64,000 bases of DNA from Eledone cirrhosa (GCA_964016885.1 OZ024743.1:33232001-33296000); one strand, 5' to 3'; shown: positions 14,198 to 27,537, counted from the first letter of the stretch. The notes: generated by a model not told the origin, from the letters alone. Translations and numbers: made by a program.

Positions 14198-14690
14198 ATC
14201 ATCATCATCATCATCACTGTTTTACGTCCATTCTTCCATGCTAGCATGGGTTAGACGGGTTGTCCTGTTGTGGGCAGTGCCCAGTCGACTGACCTTGTCT
14301 TGCTCATATGGGAACTGATTTGGGCTTGATTTCTACAGCTGGATGCCCTTCCTAACACCAACCTCATTTACAGTGAGTGCCGGGTGCTTTTTTTCCATGG
14401 CACCTCCATGACAACTTTGCAGTGGGAGGGGGTGGCGCATATTGTCTATATGCGTCAGCTTCGGCTTGTACCCATGGGAAGTCAGGTCTTCTGTATTACT
14501 GTGTGACGCCAGAGGTCACGGTCCTGTGTCATCGTCTTTGAGGGGTGCAATTGGGTAAGGTCAGCTTTTATCACCTCATCCCAGGTCGTCTTGAGTCTCC
14601 CCACTCTACTGCTTCCAACGACTTCAAGTGCTTTGCACCTTTTTATGCAGCTGTCATCCTTCATATGCATCACATGTCCATACCATATAA
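14198..14690 (-). mobile_element. RTE LINE family B, 5'-truncated
   Basis: WYGHVMHM..DSCIKRC...GRLKTTWDEVIKADL...DRDLWR; own 3'UTR; (CAT)n tail; 5' end abuts TA-rich sequence. Confidence 0.9.
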
Positions 14691-14837
14691 ATATATATGT
14701 CATTAGAAACGTTAATCAAGCTTCTACAATTTTCCTCTCACAACTACATATAAATATTAGTCTAGTTATTAACATTTCGTTATTTTCATCATCACCCCCA
14801 AAATTGCTGGCCTCGTGCCTAAATCAGAAACCATTAT

Positions 14838-15221
14838 GATATGATAATGATAATGAAATTATTGTGTACAGTGCTCAGGTGCACTACAACCCATTAAAGG
14901 TGCATGTATAGTACATAGAATAATGTACAAATGTCAGAAAAGTGAACAGTTTATGAGTCATGATATACACACAGATACATGCATGTGTGTGTATGGAGGT
15001 GGAATATCAGGTGTAGTTTTGGCAATTTCAGGAAGCATGGAGGTTTTAAAGGATGCAGGGTCCCGACAGCTAACAACCAATGCAGGTAGTTTGTTCCATA
15101 TTTCAGTAACTCTAAGTGTGAAAAAATGTTTCTGAAAGTCATGGGAGCTGTGCTGTTTTCTGACTTTGTAGGCATGCCCACGGGTGTTAGACACATGGAA
15201 TTCAAAAAGGTGCTCAGGGTT
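14838..15221 (-). mobile_element. CR1-clade LINE 3' end
   Basis: TRGHAYK...FFTLRVTEIWNKLP..VV....SFK is the CR1 ORF2 C-terminal signature; ATT-rich tail. Confidence 0.85.
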
Positions 15222-15287
15222 GTTGTTTTCATCATCATCCCCAAAATTGCTGGCCTTGTGCCCTAACCAGAAACCATTATTTCTTAT

Positions 15288-15477
15288 GGCGGTGGATTGG
15301 CAGTATCGGTAGAGGGTCGGACGCCATGCTTTCCAGCATAGTTACGTCCCTTTACGGTCTGAGTTCAAATCCCGCCGAGTTTAGCTTTGCCTTTCCTCCT
15401 TATGGGGTCGATAAAATAAAGTACCAGTAATGCACTGGATAATTGCTGGCCTTGTGCCTAAAAGTAGAAACAATTAT
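15288..15477 (+). mobile_element. Meta-type tRNA SINE, full length
   Basis: A-box tggcagtatcgg, B-box gagttcaaatccc, ctttgccttt(c/a)tcctta.ggggtcgataaaataaagtacc core, ACAATTAT tail; TSD attatttctt. Confidence 0.9.
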
Positions 15478-15489
15478 TTCTTTATCACA

Positions 15490-15682
15490 TGGTGGTGGAT
15501 TGGCAGTATTGGTAGAGGGTCGGACGCCATGCTTTGCAGCATAGAGTTACGTCCCTTTGCGGTCTGTGTTCAAATCCCGTCGTGGTTAACTTTGCCTTTC
15601 ATCCTTACAGGATCGATAAAATAAAGTACCAGTAATGGACTGGGATAATTGCTGGCCTTGTGCCAAAAGTAGAAACAATTAT
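15490..15682 (+). mobile_element. Meta-type tRNA SINE, tandem second copy
   Basis: Same structure as 15288-15477. Confidence 0.9.
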
Positions 15683-16077
15683 TTTCATCATTACTCCAGC
15701 TTTTACTATTGATGACTTTTGTTGCTAGATGAAATGCTATGACCATCTCAAATACTATTCTCATTATACATCATCTAAACTATAACCATCATCATTATTT
15801 CTTTATCACAACTATAGATATATTTACCATTAATAATCTACCTTAGATCATTGTATTGGTCACCTGTTTGAAAACTGTTCAATTGATTACATTACATTGA
15901 CTTTATTATTTACTATTTTATATTATTTTTATTTCATTATTTTCCATTCTGTTATATTTATTTCAAGTTGTTTTTGTTTGTTCTTTTTTTTTCACCCTTT
16001 TATTTCCTCTTTCTTTCTTTGTTGCTTTTATATATAAATGATGTTTATCTCTATGTCTTTACATGTGTATGTGTGTG

Positions 16078-16121
<44 letters not shown>

Positions 16122-16418
16122 GAGAGAGATATATACATATATATATATGGAGAGAGAGTGAGAGAGTGTATGTGTTTTCAACTCTTGTATGCAATAGAGT
16201 TTTAAAAGATCAACAAAATATAAACTGGTCAGAGTCTTTTGAATTACTTCTGAACTGATCTTCTATATTATTTGATCCTTTAAGAAGTGGTCAGTTATAA
16301 AAACAAGTAAAACAGAATTAAATCTGATGCTATGTGTACCAGTCTTACATATAATCTACCAATCAATGATAAAATAGAAATATTGCTAGTTTCAATAGAA
16401 AGTAAATGATAAGAATAA

Positions 16419-16671
16419 TTGTTTCTGCTTTTGGCACAAGGCCAGCGATTACTCAGTACATTACTGGTACTTTATTTTAACAACCCCGTAAGGATGAAAG
16501 GCAAAGTTAACCTCAGCGAAATTTGAACTCAGACCGTAAAGGGACGTAACTACGCTGGAAAGCATGTCCGACCCTCTACCGATACTGCCAGTGTACAGTG
16601 CTCAGGTGCACTACAACTCATCAAAGCTGCATGTATAGTACATAGAATAATATACAAATGTCAGGGAAGTG
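16419..16671 (-). mobile_element. Composite insertion: CR1 3'UTR fragment fused to a Meta-type SINE
   Basis: SINE 16419-16590 joined directly to gtgtacagtgctcaggtgcactacaac (CR1 3'UTR); whole unit flanked by AATGATAAGAATAA (16405-16418, 16672-16685). Confidence 0.8.
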
Positions 16672-16814
16672 AATGATAAGAATAACAGGCAGCTAGTTTA
16701 TGTACATCATTAGTTGAAATCAGTTATTGGTATTCATTATAAGGTCTAATTAGATTTTATTTTTTTTGTGTGAGATATTTATTCATATAGTCTGTTTTTA
16801 ATAATATTTTGAAT

Positions 16815-17015
16815 GTATGTATGTGTAGAATAATGTATGTGTATGTGTGTGTACATATGTGTGTGTGTCTATGTATGTATATACATATGTATGTATATAC
16901 ATATGTATATATATTCATATACACATATATATATATGTATACATATATATACATATATATGTGTGTGTATATATATATATATATATACGTGTGTATATAT
17001 ATATATATATGTGTG

Positions 17016-17049
<34 letters not shown>

Positions 17050-17072
17050 TATATATATATTTATATGTATAA

Positions 17073-17115
<43 letters not shown>

Positions 17116-17271
17116 CATATATATATATATATATATAAGCATATATATATATATATAAGCATATATATATATATAAGCATATATATATATATATAAGCAT
17201 ATATATATATAAGCATATATATATATATATATATAAGCATATATATATATATATATATATAAGCATATATG

Positions 17272-17308
<37 letters not shown>

Positions 17309-17312
17309 AGCA

Positions 17313-17374
<62 letters not shown>

Positions 17375-17489
17375 TATATATGTATGTTCTGTATATTGAA
17401 TAATATACGGAATGTTTACGAAAAACATTTGAAAGCCATTCGCTATGAATTTTTAAGGTTGTGACCATTGTCACACACCCAGCCTCAGA

Positions 17490-17545
<56 letters not shown>
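16815..17545. repeat. Complex (TA)n/(TATG)n array with (TA)nAGC higher-order units
   Basis: Direct inspection; about 100 bp of unique sequence at 17390-17492. Confidence 0.95.
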
Positions 17546-17550
<5 letters not shown>

Positions 17551-17610
17551 TTTTTAATTAATTTGTTTCCAACATATTTAATATAATCCATGAATTTCTT
17601 GTTTATATAG

Positions 17611-17712
17611 ACTCACAGAAATTTGGGGAATATTTCACTGCCCTATATCGGTGGTGCAGCAGAAGAAAAATTATCAAACTGCCAGTTCTGTTCTCGCAGT
17701 ATTCCAAATTTG
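17611..17712 (+). CDS. Candidate 102-nt internal exon of an unknown gene
   Basis: tttcttgtttatatag acceptor and TTTG|gtgagg donor; length divisible by 3; open in all three frames; GC higher than flanks; no recognisable protein. Confidence 0.35.
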
Positions 17713-18499
17713 GTGAGGTTATTTAGCATGCTTTAAGAGGATGAATCTTCAATATGCTAATCCTTGTTATCCTCCTCAAAGTTTTACTAATAAAGACATT
17801 CACCAGTTACATGACTGCAGTTTAATACTTAGCTTCAGATAAAACTTCATTGATATCCATCTAAATAAAAAGACAATGATATTTGACCAAATTTTGGTAT
17901 ATATTTTGTTTTGCTTATGAATCTACTGGGACACCTTAATGGCTCCACTTTCTTATTTAATCTACTAAACAGTGATCTATAACATTTTTATTGATTTGAT
18001 CAGGTAAAAAAGCTTAACCTAGGCAAGATCTATAATTTTATTTGCTAAATTGTTTAAATTGATGCATTAATACTAGTTCACATTCCTACCTACTGGCTAT
18101 AAACTGAAATACATTTTATTATATATATTGATAATATATATATATATATATATGTCCACAAATGTATATACATTATGTATATAAAGGAAAATTAAGTTAC
18201 TTTGAAAAACTGAACTAATACTGTGACAGCTTTTTATTAAAAATAACAAAGTTATCAATATCTAATAATATTTATTGCTGCACATTGTTGGAAGGTAAAG
18301 CTTATTGTCAAGTAATCAGATACACAAGTTGTATTTAATGCTATTCATAAGAATAAAATAAAAGGAAGAATACTAATGGGATGTTCTAATATAACATTTA
18401 CTTTGTACAAACCAACAACTTGATATTGTTCTCTGTGGATAAAGTATAAAAGTCATGCAATATTTTTAGGTGTTAGCCAGTTAGTTGATATGACTAATC

Positions 18500-18860
18500 T
18501 AAAGACATGCAATACACTTTGCAGAGTGCTAGGGTAGGGGCCAAGATGCCAACGTAAAATGCACCCAATACACTCTGTAAAGTGGTAATGCTGTTGCCAT
18601 AAATAAATTTATCCAGAATATTTTTTAAGTAGTAGTGCTGAGGCCATGATAAAATGCATCCAGTACACTTTCTAAAGTGGTAGTGATGTGCTATGAAAAA
18701 AATGCATCCAGTACACTCTGTAAAGTGGTAGTGCTGCTGCCGTGATAAACTGCAACCGTGATAAACTGCAACTAGTACACTGTGCAAAATAGTTGGCATT
18801 AGGAGATGTCTCCAGCCATAATATTCATGCCAGTGTGGGAAGTGAAGATAAAATGATGTT
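18500..18860 (+). repeat. RTE-derived tail with about five tandem ~46-bp copies of the aaaatgcacccagtacactctgtaaagtggt motif
   Basis: Units near 18555, 18600, 18648, 18694 and 18760, then the ggcattagg...ccagccata..cccatgccagtgtgg tail. Confidence 0.7.
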
Positions 18861-20054
18861 ATTGATGCTATATTGGCTATTGAAACAACATTTACACATT
18901 CTATTGGTTCTCATAAGTATCCTAGTATTATTGCCCTAAATGATGTTGGTGTTTATAACCCCTGAACAGGATTTGTGATTTAAATAGGGAAAGGATTATC
19001 AGTTTAACCTGTTTGAGTCTATGAACTTCATTGCATTTAGAATGATGCATGTCTCACAACCAGATTGTTTATATATTAAAGACTGTTTCATAACTCAACT
19101 GTTTGTATATCAGTTATTATGAGATAAAAATATTATTGTTTTGCTGAGTAAAAAGACTGAAATATGTCTATTGTTGTCACATTGCCTACTAACAAAGATC
19201 AAATTTTTCCAGAAGCATGAAAATTGGATTTTCTGTAAATTAATCTTTTTTTAATCATCATCCACCTTTTCTTTGATGATAACTAACAATTGTCATAAGT
19301 ATTTTTGCTCTCTTTCTCCAACTAAAAAAAGCATATTTCTCTAAAACAATATTAGTTTTATACTCCCTTGGAAGTGATTTGAGGAAAATTTGACTGCTAT
19401 TTCTAGCAGGTTAAGCCACCAAATAGAGGCTGCATTGTTACATTTTCCTAGAAAACCCTTTGCATACAGTTATTTTATAGTTATTGAAGAGACATGCTAA
19501 TGTAGTTATGGGATAATAGATTTAATATTGATGATGTTATTAATGACCAAGGTAAATCCAAATGATGTATCCTCTGTTAGTTTCCGAAATGATCATCCAA
19601 TTGTTCAATTAAATGGATGTCTGGTTTGGGAATTAATGTATAAGTGGTTGAGTATTCCAGAGACGTATGTATCCTTAACATAATTTCCAATAACAAATCA
19701 GTATTACATAATATGTGGCAAGACTGGTCCTTTAAGTTTAGACAGTCCTCTTAACATGTTTCTCCACAAATTCTGCCCTAAGCCAAAGAGATTTGCCCAA
19801 GATGCCATGCAGTGGGATTGAATTTAGTATCTTATGAGTATGAAGTGAAATTCTTAACCACTCAACCATCCCTGTGTCCACAAATTCAAATAATTCTTCT
19901 CCTTTCCACAAAAAGAATTGATATCAAGATAAATTTAATACACTTAAAAGAAAAGGTGTATTCCCATGTATGTAAACAATGTATTTAAGGATATATGCAT
20001 ACACACATATATACATATTTATATATATATATATAGATATAGATAGATAGATGT

Positions 20055-20084
<30 letters not shown>

Positions 20085-20086
<2 letters not shown>

Positions 20087-20248
20087 CATATTTAGTGTCC
20101 ATTTTTCCATGCTTGCATGGGTTAGACAGGTCGTCCACGTTAGGAGACAAGTCTGGCCAGAGTTGGCCATGCCGTACCTTGCTCTGACGAGGTCTGTGAA
20201 TTTGCCTGGGGATTTTACAGCTGGATGCCCTTTCTAATACCAACCACA
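20085..20248 (-). mobile_element. RTE-derived 3' tail fragment
   Basis: gtccatttttccatgcttgcatgggttagac ... tttacagctggatgccc..ctaataccaaccac, flanked by (TA)n. Confidence 0.75.
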
Positions 20249-20655
20249 TATATATGTATGTGCTTGGTAAACACAAATCTTGAGCTGAGAGTGCTGCTAT
20301 ACTCTGTCTCCGAATGCAGAAGTTGATATCTCATGAGGTGGTGAAGTAGCTCTGTATTTCAGCCCCTTCCACCACAGCATCACAGATACTTGGGGCCACT
20401 CGCTGATGTAGGTGATGAAACTCTTGCACAACAGCACAATATTAGGTGAGTCTGATGTTGTGACTCTTTCCACCTCAATACATCAGAACAGCATGAAATT
20501 CGATGAGCCTGTTGTGACTCTCGGTGAGACAGCTCCATCTGCCTCAATGTGTTAGACACACCATTCATCTTCTCTTTTGGATGTAGTAACTTGCTTTCTC
20601 AGTTGCCTCCGATAATGCCCTTGAAAGGTTCTCCTTTACTTTGCTGTCAGTGCAA

Positions 20656-20905
20656 GGTGCATGGCTTAGTGGTTAGAGCATTGGGCTTGCAATCGAAAGG
20701 TTGTGAGTTCAATTCTCGGACCGGGTGTTGTTTCTTTGAGCAAGACACTTTATTTCACGTTACTCCAGTTTACTCAGCTGTAGAAATGAGATGATAGGAC
20801 TGGGCTCCCTATCATTAAATCACCCAAGACACCTCCAACGAGATATACCTTGGAGGAGGCCAGCTAAACCTGCATAGGTGTGAGCTGTAACAACAACAAC
20901 AACAA
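20656..20905 (+). mobile_element. tRNA-derived CORE-type SINE, full length, (CAA)n tail
   Basis: A-box tggcttagtgg, B-box gagttcaattc, CORE-like ttgagcaagacacttt...cagtttactcagctgtagaaatgag; TSD CAGTGCAA (20648-20655, 20906-20913). Confidence 0.9.
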
Positions 20906-21889
20906 CAGTGCAAAGACTCTGAGGAGCAAATCAACTCTGGTTTCAACAAATCCTCTAACTCCTGCTGCTACAGGGAAACAGGATCTGGCCCCTATCCACG
21001 GGTTTCACAGGGTTCAGCTAGCTCACCGTACTTCCTGATCTTCCCATTGAATGCATCATTGATGTTCACCTACCAAGAAACAGAAAGCTCCACAACCTTC
21101 CCTAACTTCCTTTCCTTGCACCACAAGATGAGGTTGGGTCTCTTTATTTACTATTCAGGTCAACTGAGATCTCACAGATCCCCTCCCATTTTAGGTCAGT
21201 CTCCTTTCTTAAAATGGCTGGCTTACACACACATACACCCACCCCCACACATACACCCACCCCCACCCTCCCACACATACACACACACATACACCCACCC
21301 CCACCCTCCCACACATACACACACACATACACCCACCCCCACCCTCCTACACACACACATACATACATGCATATATATATATAAATATATATATATTTAC
21401 TCTCAAAGGACATATGGATATGCCTATATTAAGTCACTATTAATATCCCCAATAAAACGTTTTACTAAATAATTGATACTCAGTGTATATGAGTGCTGCT
21501 TTCCTTTTGGATTGTGACCAGCTTTTTGTTTTATCTTTATCATCTACGATTATGAAAAGCCTAAATTCATTTTTTTGTAATCATTAAGTAATCTACCATT
21601 TTATTGTTTGAATTCCACATTAGCAATGACCTTTTCAACCTACAATCATTAACTGACAAATATTTTAGATAATGGCAGTAGATAATTAATAAGCATGTTG
21701 CTTGCATTCACTACAGTTTATTTTATTTTTTCCTTTTTTGTTTGGTGTCTTTTGATTTTTGTTTTAGGTTTTTAGTTTTTTAGCAGAGATTTGTGTTGAG
21801 AGAGTAAAAGAGATTGTTTATATAGGCAAGAGATTAGAGTTGTCTCCCTTTGTAATCCTTTGCGTGTCTGAATGGGTTTTTTTTATTTG

Positions 21890-22402
21890 TTTAACCTTAC
21901 TCAAAAAAGACCACAGCCAACTAATTATCATGAAGTCACAGGCCAGGCCAACACTAGCCAGATATATATTTCAGTTAATTTTGAAAGTAATTAAAAATTT
22001 AGATGAATTTAATGAAATAACTAACTGTTCATTAGTTAGCTGATGTTTGGAGCATTAACAAAAATAACTTTACCTTTTAGCATTTAAACCAGCTGTATCC
22101 GGTTAGAATTCTCTCACCTCTTTCAGTTAAAACCGGCTGAAACTGGCCACTCATACTGATGTTAAGGTAATGTTCTAAAAATAAATAATATCAAAATGTC
22201 ATAGATTCGATATTATGTGAGATATTATCTAAAATAAAGCCTTTACCACGAGAATACAATAATATATATATAGAGTAATATAAATGCTAAAGGGTTAAAT
22301 AGAATTATGATAGGTTTTAATAGAAGTATGAATATTTTTAAATGAGCAGTTTTGTATAATAAAACCAGGCTGTTTCAAGCAGGCTGGTATCAAAAGTATT
22401 AA
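21890..22402. mobile_element. Older TTAA-type MITE family 2 interrupted by MITE family 1 (22073-22294)
   Basis: Right end ggtatcaaaagtattaa is like 39388-39408, 8164-8180, 14138-14157 and 30075-30092; the nested copy ends ATGCTAAAGGG|TTAA. Confidence 0.65.
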
Positions 22403-23489
22403 GGTAGTTTTATATTAGAGATATCTGTTTCTTGGATTGTTTAATATTTTAGTGAATAATACAGGTGTATCTTTCTTTGTATGAAAGATAAACTCTATTT
22501 TAAGATTCATTGTTTTGGAAATGGTAAATAGAGCCATTTAAGAATATCTTATTCATTAGTTATAATACAACTGATGACTTCTGTTTTATATGTTCAAAAA
22601 TGTTACCATAATATAAAATGAATTCATGGAAGAATTAAAAAAAATACCATTAATATCAGCTGAATTATCTTGAATAATTCCTTCAATTGCAGCATCAGTT
22701 CTATTTTCCAGCTTTTTTCTGGTGTTTATAATTCCATAACAATATACCATGACCTCACAATGTCCTCTGTGAATAATATCTGCTGACTGAAGTCGACCAT
22801 TAGAAACACAATTTGGTTAATTCTAAACACCCAATTTGATTAATTGTGAAAATCATTAAATATTATCTTTCAGGGTTTGCTCTACCACACACTGAGTTGT
22901 AAAGTTTTCAGTCAAGCAACTAATGGAATATAACACATAATCCTTATTTCAGTTATGTTAATTCTAATAATACAAAATTATAAATTTGATATTGGTTTTT
23001 AAACCCATGTTTTATTATAGGAAGTCAAAATCAAATTTTTATTGCTTTTTTTATTGCTTTTTTTTTAATTTGGTTTCTGCATTATTTGTAGGATTCCACA
23101 TATATGTTCACAAACAAAAATTCCATTATTTGTAGAGGTGGTTTCAATCAGCTCATTGATATGGGCTGAACTTCATTGTGTGATTGGAATTGTTGCTATG
23201 GTTGTCTCATGATACCCTTAGCTCATTTTGGAAATGGTAAAATATATTGCTATTATTTTGAGCAGTTTATTTAAACCAAATCTATGTTAGTGATTGTATG
23301 TAAGCTCTGCATATTGCATCTTACCTCGTGATACAGTTCTTATTGATAATGTTCAGCCTTTAAAAGCCTAATTTGAATATTGCAACAATACTATCCAAAC
23401 ATTGTAATGCATTTCTAGAATAAGAACTAAACATTGTATTGACTGATATCCATAAAAGATACCTATTTTACTATTAGTGTGGTGTGGTA

Positions 23490-23850
23490 AATAAATATAT
23501 ACATATTTATTTACATATACACCAGGTCCAAACACAATGGAACTAAATTCTCACTGTCACTGCCTCCGTCTCTCCTGTTCTCCCCATCTCTCACTATTAT
23601 AAACAAATGGGGTCCCACATGCTGCCCACCCTGTGATTCCAGCAGACAGAATAGAGAAAGTGTTTCCCTGATGAATGGGGAGGGAGACATGCTGGATGAG
23701 ACATTCCAGCTTACAAGGCTCACACCTGTGGGTAACCAACTCTGTGCTGATGGTGGTGAGTAGGGAGGTTGTCTAGGGTCAAGAACACCAGCAGTCTCCA
23801 CTGCTGTATAGTCAGTCTTCTTGCATTATAATCTTATATTCTCTTCACCA
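23490..23850 (-). mobile_element. CRE-like retrotransposon 3' fragment (frameshifted RLE)
   Basis: AVETAGVLDP / LIQHVSLPIHQGNTFSILSAG, homologous to 4056-4328. Confidence 0.6.
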
Positions 23851-23955
23851 CATCTGAAAAAACATTTGGGTGGGAGAAATGACAAATAAATTTAATTTTA
23901 ATTAAATGATTCCTCTCTCCCATTGATGCCCTCAGCATATGCATATTTTGCTTAA

Positions 23956-24169
23956 CCCTTTAGCATTTAACTTGTCCATATCCGGTCAGAATTCTCTCAC
24001 CTGCTTCTGTTCAAACCAGACATAACTGGCCACTCATACTGACACTAAGGTATTGTTCTCAAAATAAATAACATCAAAATCTCATAGATTCGATATTATG
24101 GGAGATAATTATGTAAGATAAAGCCTTTATCACAAAAATACAATAGTAAATATAGAGTAATGTAAAGGG
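23956..24169 (-). mobile_element. piggyBac-like MITE family 1
   Basis: TTAA|CCCTTTAGCATTTAA ... AAAGGG|TTAA. Confidence 0.85.
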
Positions 24170-25489
24170 TTAATTGTTAATACAGACCCAAGTTTGATGG
24201 AGCATTTTGAAGCAGTGTTTTATGGTCAGATGTCCTTCTTGATACCAACTCTTTTAGTTGCCTTTAACAACATACAGGGATGCAATGTATCTAATCTAAA
24301 CTCAATACAAAGTTGCATATAAGTTGCAGAGATGGAGGCATGACATTATCTCAGTAGTATTACTAGTTAAACAGGATATAAGATTATAGCACCAGAAGAT
24401 AATACTATGTTCTAGGAATGCATTACAATGCTTGGATAATTTTGTTATATGAATAATGCATAAATTCCGAAGACCTTTTTCCAACCAGAATAACTTAATT
24501 GATAACTTGACAATATTTGCCTGAAAATATTGAAGTCAGGTATGCTACTCCAGGCAAAGTGAAGACATCTGCCATCTCTATCCATAAACAGGAATAGAGA
24601 TGTTTCTAGTTAAATAGTTTAATATCCCACCTGGTGTCTTGCAATGGTAAGTGCAGCATTTTAAAAAAATCAAGCACTTATTACTCATAGAAATATTTTA
24701 TCAAACATATAAAGAAAGTAGGCTGCGATAGAATTTTAAAATTTTACTTGATTTGATTCTTTAAAGTATTGCATGACATTGTGGACCTGGGTGTTCGTGT
24801 GTGTAGGAGGTTATAGAGTTAGTTATCTTATTTTATTTACTGGAGTAGCCTGAAGGTTTCTGTTGCTCATTTATTTATATTTACTTAACATTTCCTATAA
24901 TTGCAATAAACATGAGAGAAATCAGAGACTTTTCACTCTACAAATCAATATACTAATCAACGTGTTAAAAAGAAATTTCATGTTTCTTTTAAAATGTTCA
25001 TGCTTACATTTTTATATGTTTAATGTTTAAACAGGTTTTTCGAAATTATTTGATTGAGAGTTACAAGCAACTTCTAAAAACCATAATTACATAGACTTGA
25101 CAAAATCACATACTTTCTCTCTATTTTTCCAAATGGAAGTTAATTATTTTGCATGTATGAATATGTTGGTATTTCATTTTAGGGAAAGGGAGTTTATTTT
25201 GTAATGAATAATATTTTAGAATACATTTAGTATTGCAATATTTTCCTGTTTATAGGCCGCAAGCTTCCCTAGTATCTCTTTCAGTGACCCTTCTGTAAAA
25301 ATATACCAAACTGATATATTTGAATCAGTTATATTCCTGGAATAATATAATAAAATATATATGTATTTGTATATTTTTAAAAATATAGATATGAAAATTT
25401 TATTCCAATCATAACTCTTTCATTGCTTACAAATTCAATCATATTATTGAATTTTACATATTTTGTTACTTACTCTAAGCAGTGGCATG

Positions 25490-25845
25490 AGCCTCTTTTG
25501 GTTTCGACTCTTAATATTCCCATTGTTTAATCAATGGAACAAACTGCTCATGGAATTAGTATGTAAGTAACTGAGCATTCCACAGACATATGTACCATTA
25601 ACATAATTCTCAGGGAGATTCAGTGTGATACAGTGTGATACAGTATGTGATATGGCTGTCTCGTTGAATTACAGGCACAACCCAACCAATGGACTTCGAA
25701 ACAGTTTCCATCTTCCCAATTTAACTCATATGTCATAGGTCGACCTGAAGCTATGTTAAATAACACTTTCCCTAGATGCCACACAGTTGGATCGAACCTG
25801 ATACCAAATGATTGGGAAGCAAACTTCTTTACCATTCAGTCACTC
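25490..25845 (-). mobile_element. Old tRNA-derived SINE family (other decayed copies at about 19600-19880, 36300-36570, 44620-44845, 49560-49780)
   Basis: Minus-strand head tggtaaagaagtttgcttcccaatc...ggttcgatccaactgtgtggcatctagggaaagtgt; shared body gagcattccacagaca..tgtaccattaacataattctcagg. Confidence 0.6.
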
Positions 25846-26819
25846 TTTAAGGGTATGATCTACCTCTAAATGATAGATAGAATTTAAAAAATGCTATATG
25901 TTAAAATATCATAGAAATGTTTAGAGAAAAAAAATAATTTGATTTTACAGTGATGTAATATTTGGAATACATACAGGTACACAATTTGCTTAGTGAAACA
26001 TACTCTACCAAAGTTACTTTGAGTCTATCTCAAGTGTATTATTGTCAGAAAAGTCAAAAGATTTTAATTTAAAAAATAAATACACAAGCAGATGACAGCA
26101 TTGTTGCAGTCAGACCATGAAGAATATTTCTGAAGATTGGTTTATACATCAAACTTTGTCATGAATGCATACTAAAAATCCAGTTATATGGTACTGAATC
26201 AGTTCAAATATGAGATTGTTATGTCGAGAATGTAAAATTTATGTCAAATCAACTTTCTGAGGATAAGCTGTATTTCAATTTTTATATTAAACTAAGACTA
26301 GTTTATTCTAAATTTTATTGTTGAGTGTTGCACAGAATAGGACAGGGGATTGACAGAATCATTTATGCATTGGATGAAATGATTTGCAATATTTTGTTAA
26401 GGTCCTCTATATTCTAGTTTCAAATCTTTCTGAGGTCAGCTTTGTTTTTCATCCTTCCAGAGTAGATGAAATAAAGTGTCAGTCAACTACTGGGTTGATT
26501 TGATTGATTTCCTCTTCCTGCCTTGTGCCAGAATCAGAAACCATTATTGTGCTGAATGTAGGGGTGTCAAGAATGGTTACAAAAAGAAATTATTCATAAA
26601 ATTCAAAGAATAAGGCTGTCGTGGTATCCCGAATATAAGATTGAAAGAGAATGATTCTTAAACAGAAATAACACAAACGTTTTAAGGTAGAAGTTAACTT
26701 TTTTTAGGCCCCATCAAAGGATTCATACTTACCACACAGTCTCTTTTGAGGAAATGTTTTATGGTTGTATGCCCTCCCTAGCACCAACCCTTTTAATCAC
26801 TTTTTACAACATTCAAAGA

Positions 26820-27030
26820 TATGGTGAACCTAAAGCTAGATATAGACGATTACTCTTAGCTCAGATCTTCTCTTGTAGTTGTCTTACTAAAAAGATGGTA
26901 TCTGTGGGATTCCTCCCTGACATAAAACTGAACTGCATCTCATCTAATTTGACTCTTTCTGTAATTAGTTGTGCTAGAACTCTATCTGTTACTTTCATAA
27001 CTTGATTCATTAATTTTATCCCTTTCTGAA
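26820..27030 (-). pseudogene. RTE RT fragment (subdomains 1-2)
   Basis: KGIKLMNQVMKVTDRVLAQLITERVKLDEMQFSFMSGRNPTDTIFLVRQLQEK aligns to the 955-aa ORF. Confidence 0.85.
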
Positions 27031-27198
27031 GCATCACCTTTTTCATTATGTAATAAACAAATGTTACTTTATATATATATCAGTTCTGTATGAGCAAAAC
27101 ATAGTCACCTGACATGACTTTGCTCACAACAGCATAACTCATCTAACCCATGCCAGTGTGGAAAAATGGACATTAAATGATGATGATGATGATGATAT

Positions 27199-27388
27199 AT
27201 AATTGTTTCTACTTTTGGCACTAGGCCAGTAATTACCCAGTGCATTACTGGCACTTTATTTTATCGACCCCGTAAGGATGAAAGGCAAAGTTAACCTCGG
27301 CGGGATTTGAACTCAGAATGGCAAGGGCCGTAACTCTGTGCATCAAAGGATGGCGTCCGACCCTCTACCGATACTGCCAATCCACCGC
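27199..27388 (-). mobile_element. Meta-type tRNA SINE, full length
   Basis: Reverse complement of the 15288 consensus; tail-to-tail with an RTE-B tail (27080-27196). Confidence 0.9.
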
Positions 27389-27439
27389 GAGACTGAGCAA
27401 GAGAGTGTAAATATGCTACCTACTACTTAACATTATTCT

Positions 27440-27537
27440 GTTAACTTTACCTTTCATCCTTATGGGGTCGATAAAATAAAGTACCAGTAATGCACTGGGA
27501 TAATTACTGGCCTTGTGCCAAAAGTAGAAGCAATTAT
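27440..27537 (+). mobile_element. Meta-type SINE, 5'-truncated
   Basis: Core plus tail; TSD attattctgtta. Confidence 0.85.

Noticed and set aside
16757-17591. Long ORFs rich in YI/IY/CV/HT repeats (also near 535, 34837, 37754, 50080-51477, 54144-55159, 58188-58742)
   Set aside because: Translations of (TA)n/(CA)n microsatellites, which lack stop codons; not genes
18555-18800. Regularly spaced ~46-bp repeats resembling a CRISPR array
   Set aside because: Eukaryotic context, degenerate head-to-tail units without unique spacers, derived from an RTE UTR, no cas genes
22648-22815. Minus-strand open stretch NGRLQSADIIHRGHC...DNSADIN ending at a GT
   Set aside because: In-frame stop just after the nearest acceptor and no recognisable homology
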